A stretch of DNA of 58,293 nucleotides, filler included, from Sphacelaria rigidula (lineage: Eukaryota): NCBI GenBank assembly GCA_964200075.2. It is 9 parts of 9 records of this genome, joined end to end, with 100 filler letters (N's around TTAATTAATTAA, not from the genome) between each part and the next. Parts side by side here need not be neighbours in the genome. Positions count along the whole stretch, not along the records: positions 51,907 to 58,293 come from CAXNAA020020387.1; 8 more parts are not named here. The stretch is one strand, 5' to 3'. The first letter of the stretch is position 1, and the number at the start of each line of letters is the position of its first letter. This document shows, one piece after another, positions 51,988-58,293 of this stretch. Below the pieces are notes generated by a model that saw only the letters and a list, made by a program, of their open reading frames with translations, made no database searches and was not told the DNA's origin. A program made the translations under genes and the position numbers.

Positions 51988-52247
51988 TACCTGTATGAAA
52001 ACCTTACAGAGTTTACAGAACTGTCGGGTATGGGAAGTAACCGGGAAAATACCCCGGGTATACAGAAAACCGTACCCTACAGAATATAACCTTGGATTTA
52101 AGCTCAAGCAGCACACAAGGAAAACGTTGATAGTATGACTACAATAAAGTAATCAGGGCGATTCCGCGTACATTTGTGTTCTTTATCGCACACATGGGTG
52201 ATTGCTTACGCCGTTTTTTCTTGTTAGACCCTGAAATGTTGCACACA

Positions 52248-52442
52248 CACAAGTGCTCTCAGATATTTAGGGAGGCCGTATGAAAAAGATTTTTTTATTG
52301 TTTCCATTTTTCACCAGATATCCGGGGTCGCAGGAGGCGGTGTCTGACACCGCCTCCTAGGACCCCGGATACCTGGCGAAAAATGAAAGCAGCCGAAACA
52401 CGCCATTCATACAAACTTCCTCAATATCTCAGAGCACCCGTG
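52248..52442. mobile_element. Palindromic MITE (CACGGGTGCTCTGAGATATT-type termini)
   Basis: CACAAGTGCTCTCAGATATT...AATATCTCAGAGCACCCGTG, with a central hairpin TCCGGGGTC..AGGAGGCGGTGTC/GACACCGCCTCCT..GACCCCGGA. Confidence 0.8.
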
Positions 52443-52670
52443 TTCGAAATTTCAGGGTCTCACAGAGAAAAAACGGCGCGAAAAATCGTTGGGAAGTAAA
52501 TTCCGGTCGTTTACCTTTAACCAACCTGTCGTCGAACACACTGTGTTTTTGCCAACCGTGACACTAACGCTATGATATATATCCCAACCCCAACTCAAGC
52601 TAGACCAATAAATGTGTGGCAAATGAAGGTGCGTAGAGTGCCCTAGATAACACCCTACATATGGCACACC

Positions 52671-52742
52671 CCGGTAGTGGTCTAATGGTTTTACTAACCC
52701 CATAACGAGGGAGAGAGTGCAGGTTCGATTCCAGGCTGATGA
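52671..52742 (+). mobile_element. tRNA-derived SINE head (Pol III A and B boxes)
   Basis: A box TGGTCTAATGG at 52678-52688 and B box GGTTCGATTCC at 52722-52732, at tRNA-like spacing. No convincing acceptor stem, so not called a tRNA gene. Confidence 0.6.
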
Positions 52743-55700
52743 TCCGGTCGGGCGTTTCTTTGAAGTACGAGGTGGGCCAGCCCAAAAATGGATTTAAGCT
52801 CTCACAGCTGTGATATTTCGTCGACACGGACGAATTGGGCCGTGATCCGCATATCTTGTCGATTGTCTTTGCGTCGTTATTCGCGGGGCTGTTTTTTCAG
52901 ACTTTTCCGAGTTTTTTCGGGAACAAAAACTCCCTCCCCGAAAAACAAGACTCGGATGTCTGCTAAACTGACTACATATCCGGAAAATCTAGTGTTTTTG
53001 TTCCCCCGTATTTTCTTTGTTTGAAAAGTCAAAAACATTCCCGAAAAAGCGGACATATACATATATGAAGGACTGTCCCGTTGATGACGACCATAATTCA
53101 GGGAAAGATGCCCATCTTCTCGAAAGTGTGCCCCAACTTTTTCTCGTTGATTAAACGCCATGTCGAGTAATTCCTATACCGCACGGGGATAGGGATCATA
53201 CTAGTGTATATATGAAACACCGAACGATATGCACATCGGATGGTGATTACTGGCGTGAATATTCCCTGAAGGACGGCAAAACAATCGATGCTCAAACCTT
53301 CACGTGATTCGTTTTTCATCTGGAGATATAGCGCGCATAAGATTCTATATGAAGCCAGATGCATGTCGAGCAGACACTGAATGCACTTTACCTGGATTTC
53401 GTGTCTCAGTTTCGAGACCTGTGCTTTGAAATTTGGTATAGAGTATCGCAAGGGCATCGTAAGAACAAACGAAATGTTCAGGACCCTGGAATTTGTTTTT
53501 CATCATAAGATAAGGACATTTTCATGAAAAATGGGCACTGTTTTGGGCCCTTAGCTCAGCTTTTCAGTTCATTTCTTAGGGGGTGGTATTGATTTGAGTG
53601 TGGAGAATCGCAAGAAAACGTGGCTCTTCATTTTTCATTATTATACCATGAATTAAGGACGTTCTCGTGAATATTCGATCCTTCCTGCAGTATAGCGTCC
53701 TCAACTAAACAAAATGAACGTAGGTCAACATGCCCCGTGTATTTGTCTTGTTATGGCAATTCTCCACACAAAATGTCAATGCACAACTACCAGAACTGGG
53801 CTGGCGAAAGGCCTGCAAACATTGTTTCTAATCTCGACCGGCCCACGCTCTAGATCCCCCATTGTCACCTAAAGTATTGAGAGTTGAAGTTTCAAATCTG
53901 GTATGGAGACCGAACAAGGCATAATAAAGCAACTTTGAGACGTGGGTATGTATATTTTCGATGGCTTACGGACGTTTTAATACAAAATGGATGTTGGTTT
54001 TTGCCCTCAACTCATGCAAAAAAATCGTAACGTCCAAGAGCTTTCCATACCAAATTTGAAAGTTCGACTCTGAAAGCTAAGGTAAAAATGGGGCTACAAG
54101 CTACAGATCCGATTCTAGGCCGACCCTGGTCGTACCTGATTTCCGCCGTGAGGACGTGAGTCGATCAACATAAGAGTTTGAATTTGTTTGACGAGAGTTG
54201 ACGCGGTGCGGTAGTGCTCATTCGCCCCACGATACCAACATGCAAGACGCGTACCGGGGAGAGATGGCTTGATCCCTTGAGACCACCGACTCGTCCTGAG
54301 GAAGGGGAGGGGTTGGAAATGTAGCGACAACCAATAGGGAATGAGCACCAAAATTGGCCTGATGTACATGATATTTCGAATTATCGATGTGTCCATATGG
54401 GCTGACAGGTGATGCACATCCCTAGCAGGAAACAAAATATGCAGCGTTAGAGTCGCTCAAAAAAGCTAAGGTCAATTCTTTCCGGACCCAAAAACTACAT
54501 ACCGAAACTACGTTCGTGAATGTGATTCAGCCCAGGACGACCGGGTTGTTGGTCTGATCGGAACTCCCGGGCACCACGTAAGTTTATTGACGGTTTTGAT
54601 ACAGAATTCACTCAATAAGCAAGTACCTTCCGTCGTACTACTCATTAATCGATACAGGACATGACACACACCGCCATGGACAAATGAAAAAGGTGATCCG
54701 GCCGGATTTTCGTTGAAGGCCATGGCGGTAGCGCTAATGCCGAATAGGTTCCTCGGCCAATCAGCGCCCTCCAAACTGTTTTGAAATTAAAACACGGATT
54801 ACCCACACAATTCCTACCCAATCCCCACACTCCACAAATAGCAGAAGCTACCACCATCTAGAAAATCTGACAGAAAAAAAACATATTTGAAGACGTTTAC
54901 TGTAGTATAAAATCGAGTTATACCCCGAGCCGTGGTATTTCGGTGATGTGGGGTGTTGTCGCCGTAGAATTTTCGCTCATGACGTGCACAAAGGTGTATG
55001 AAGCCTCCTGACAGTTTCCTTTACATCTGCTATAGGAGAGCTCAGATCGCCCTCGCACTTGGCAGTTTGGTACGGGTGTTAGTGCTCAAAATGGAAACAA
55101 GCGCTGTCGAACAATACTTCAAAGTCTATCTGCTCTATACCGACGTGCGGGTCTTCAAGCCGAGACCCCTGAAAGCCGGCACAGAAAGCCTCCAAATGAG
55201 GTAGTGGAAAGTGTACACGTCCGGGGATAGTACAAGGAACAAATGTACAACGTTTCGTTTCGTAACTCGCAAGAGTAATGTTGCGCGGTCGTGTTGATGT
55301 CGATTTACGTTTCCGTACCAAACTCAAGTACTTGTGATATTGTACCTTCGAAGTTTACTTCATCGCACAGGAGCGAAAATGTTCACGTCGATTCTTGGAG
55401 ATAGACACTGGAACTTTGCAAACTTTGCACATGCATACTATAGTACATATACATACTAAAGGACATTATTACATACGTTTGTTTTGTTTCGTTTTCACCG
55501 GTTAGCGCGGGGGTTCCAGGACGACATGTGAAGGGCATGTGACTCCCCAGGACCGTGGGACCCCTGATACCCGACGAGAAGGAAACCATCTCTCAGAATT
55601 TTGGAATGACCCCTGGCGTATGAGTGCACAGTTTCAAAGTCTAACACGAAGATTCGGCGTGAACATTTGCGAATGAAGAAATTTTGGGTCATGAGCATGA

Positions 55701-56509
55701 ACCAGCAGCCTGAAGAAATTGCAAAAATATCATTTTTCACGACGACGTCGCGCCGAACAGGAACTCGGCGGAACGGCCAACAACTTTTAAATTTTGCAGT
55801 TTTGTAACCAGAACACTACGGTGCAGTTACTACAACTCGTCTTCCCCAAACAACGGCAGATGTGCCGGAAGGCTTAAAGCAGTGGGGGCGATAGGCGGAG
55901 AGAACCCGTCGAGAGCGTTCCGTGTTCTCCCCGTGTTGCGTTTGCCCCCTCTCTCTCTTTTCTCGTCATGGATTTGCCCGAAATACAAACTGTCACACTC
56001 GCACCTTCGGCTACTATCCACTTTGAGTGAGTGGTGGACAATATACGTCTGTCCCAAGTCATAGCATGCGGTGCGTGTGTTCGGGGTGTCAGTGGTCACT
56101 GTAGTCATATAGTGTAGTGACTCGCCGCAATCTCATGTCCTACGAGGAATATGATATCTCGAACACCCCAAATGACTCCTCGTAAGTCCGAAAAGTCTTC
56201 CCAAAAATAGATCACAGTACCGAGACCAGGAATCACTTGAATGTAATTTTTAAACGGAAGTATGGTATCGTCGTTGCCAATCACAGGCGAGTGTGATTTT
56301 GGTAAGTGTTTTTTTCTTCCAAAGGAGACACTGCTAAACCCTTTAGACGTCAAGACCGGATATTTGGGTAGCACATCCGATCAGGGAAAAATATGCCGGT
56401 TCATCGGATTGCCCACCCTAGCGGCCAAAGGATCGTGCACACGTCTAACGACTATGATTCTGACTTGTGGCACTAGAACCGCGGAATCGCTCCGTCGTTT
56501 TTTCGTACC

Positions 56510-56870
56510 TTGTCGTAAGAGTCAACGATGAGTCGTCACCGTTACCGAAATTTGTCGTATACGTCGACTTTTTGTCGTCGTCATTCCCGACTTCAGTTGT
56601 AGGAGTCGACTATCAGTTGTTGTCATTTCCGAATTCCGAATTAGGCGTAAATATCTACTCCCAGTCGTCTCCATTTCAAAATTTTGCGGTAGGAGTGTGC
56701 TCTGCGTGTTCGTCACTTCCAAAGTTATTCGTAAAGTCGACGCTGAGACGCCGTCATTCCCCGAATCTTGTCGTCGGAGTCGTGTCTGGGTCGTTTTTCT
56801 ACGAATTTAATGGTAGTAGTTGACTCTGAGTCGTCCCTGCTTCTTCATGTTTAGTCCTGAAATTCGAGGT
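56510..56870. repeat. 42-bp degenerate tandem array
   Basis: About eight units resembling GTCGTAGGAGTCGACTCTGAGTCGTCGTCATTCCCGAATTTA; related units near 57460-57560. Confidence 0.8.
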
Positions 56871-58251
56871 GGAGTCGTCACATGTGCTCTAAATGCTGTC
56901 GTATGACTCGAATTCCAGTAGCTTGCGACTGGTTTCTCCTGTAAACCCGCGGTTCTGCCTTTTTCTTGTCTATTTTATTGTTGCCATTGTTTGGGCACTG
57001 TATCCAAGCATTCTCACCTGTTCCTGTTCCACAATGTCGGCTTGTGAATAATATTTGTCACAGTTTGCCGTGCCCATTCCCGGATACATTATTCTTCAGT
57101 CACTATCCATCATTTGACTTGTCGCCGTTTTCCACTGTACGTCCCGGTGTTTATGCATGGTGTTCCTCTTTCACAACCTCGGCTCGCGCAAAGTAGTTCC
57201 CGATCATGCGGAGAGTGTTGACCAACACATTTCCGGAAAACATGCGTATCCCATTATAATCCATTACTCGAACTGTTGCCATTGTTTAGTACCGTATCCA
57301 AGTATTTTGACTGAGGTATGTTCCGGAATCTCGGCCTTTAAAATGTATTCCACTACCCATGTGAAGAGTATTGCCATACTCATGTGAAATATGAACGCCA
57401 CATTCCCAATAGCTATCGCTCTGAGTCCTTGAAGTCGACGGCCTGTCATCCCCGGTTCTCCAAATTTAGTGGTAGTAGTGGACTTTGAGTTGCCACCATT
57501 TTTTATATTGTGATAGGCGTCCACTCCAAGCCATTCGTCAGTTTTGAATGTAATCATGGGAGTCATGAACCACGAGAAAATAAGAGCCTTCGGGTGTATG
57601 GAGTCAACCCGTTGACAGCAAAAAGCGTGGGATCCTTGGTGTCGGAAAGTTAACCTCGCAGAGAACAAGACGCGCAAAGATAGTCATTGGCGCATGAAGC
57701 CTCAAATGGACTGCTCCGCCTTTGAAGCGTTACAGGCTTTTGCCACCCTGCATGAGATCACGGAGTGTCTCGGGCGGATTGTCACTCGAGGTTCCAGAAT
57801 TGAGATCTAAGATTGAAAAAAATGGTATGAACTGACTGTTCGAAGGCGCTTTGACTACTTGGCCGTTATTCCTTTTCCTAGAGTGAGGTCCATTTGCTGA
57901 TGTTCTGAACCAGCACAGAAATCCATGCAGCCTCATCTTGGGAAAACCGAGAACCTGACCTGAGGATCGCCTTCCAATTGTCGATTCGCGCACCTCCGCA
58001 CATTTTGAGGTCCTTGCGCTCAAACATCGAGTAAGAAGTTCAATTCGGCGACATCGGTCATTCGGAAAATGTTGGCCCCATTTATTGCAATGTTGGCAAA
58101 ATCCGCTAATTTTCCTGGATGTTTCTCGTTGAAAGAGTGCTACAATTCACTGTTTTCGTGTGCACAGTCCGTTGCACCCAGAACAGTTTGCCCGTTCGGA
58201 TGGCAGTGCTTACAACTGCGGTGAAATAATATCTTTCCTGCGGGGGGGGGG

Positions 58252-58293
58252 GGTACTCATTTGTTGCTTGCCTTAGTCGTTCGAACATTGACC
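58252..58293 (-). mobile_element. LINE 3' end with poly(C) tail at the window end
   Basis: G-run followed by TACTCATTTGTTGCTTGCCTTAGTCGTTCGAACATTGACC. Confidence 0.8.

Noticed and set aside
52671..52742. Functional tRNA gene
   Set aside because: A and B boxes are present but I cannot form acceptor and anticodon stems.
55500..55810. Reading frame with three in-frame TGA codons (recoding or CpG decay)
   Set aside because: Another frame is equally open and no homology anchors the frame, so chance cannot be excluded.

Overview
This is not one locus. It is nine unrelated eukaryotic contigs of 6389, 6389, 6388 (x6) and 6387 nt, sorted by length and joined by artificial 100-nt spacers (N44-TTAATTAATTAA-N44), so nothing can be inferred across a spacer. 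The DNA is intron-rich and repeat-rich. I infer a stramenopile, probably a brown alga, from GT-AG multi-exon genes, TTAGGG-type repeats and a sterol C24-methyltransferase. Host genes reconstructed by hand-splicing: the last three exons of a sterol 24-C-methyltransferase (22195-24826, -), a seven-exon C-terminal part of a KAP-family P-loop NTPase (41751-45201, +), and a decaying calcineurin-B-like EF-hand gene (7509-11623, -). Mobile DNA dominates: a degenerate Ty3/Gypsy element, LINE fragments, a tRNA-derived SINE head, several MITE families and three unrelated 42-43-bp minisatellites. The most interesting signals are (1) a LINE family ending in poly(C) about 5 nt after its stop codon, with copies sitting in G-tracts including the G-tract inside a MITE terminus, (2) the algal KAP NTPase, and (3) a MITE carrying telomeric repeats. 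Most of the supplied six-frame ORFs are spurious.
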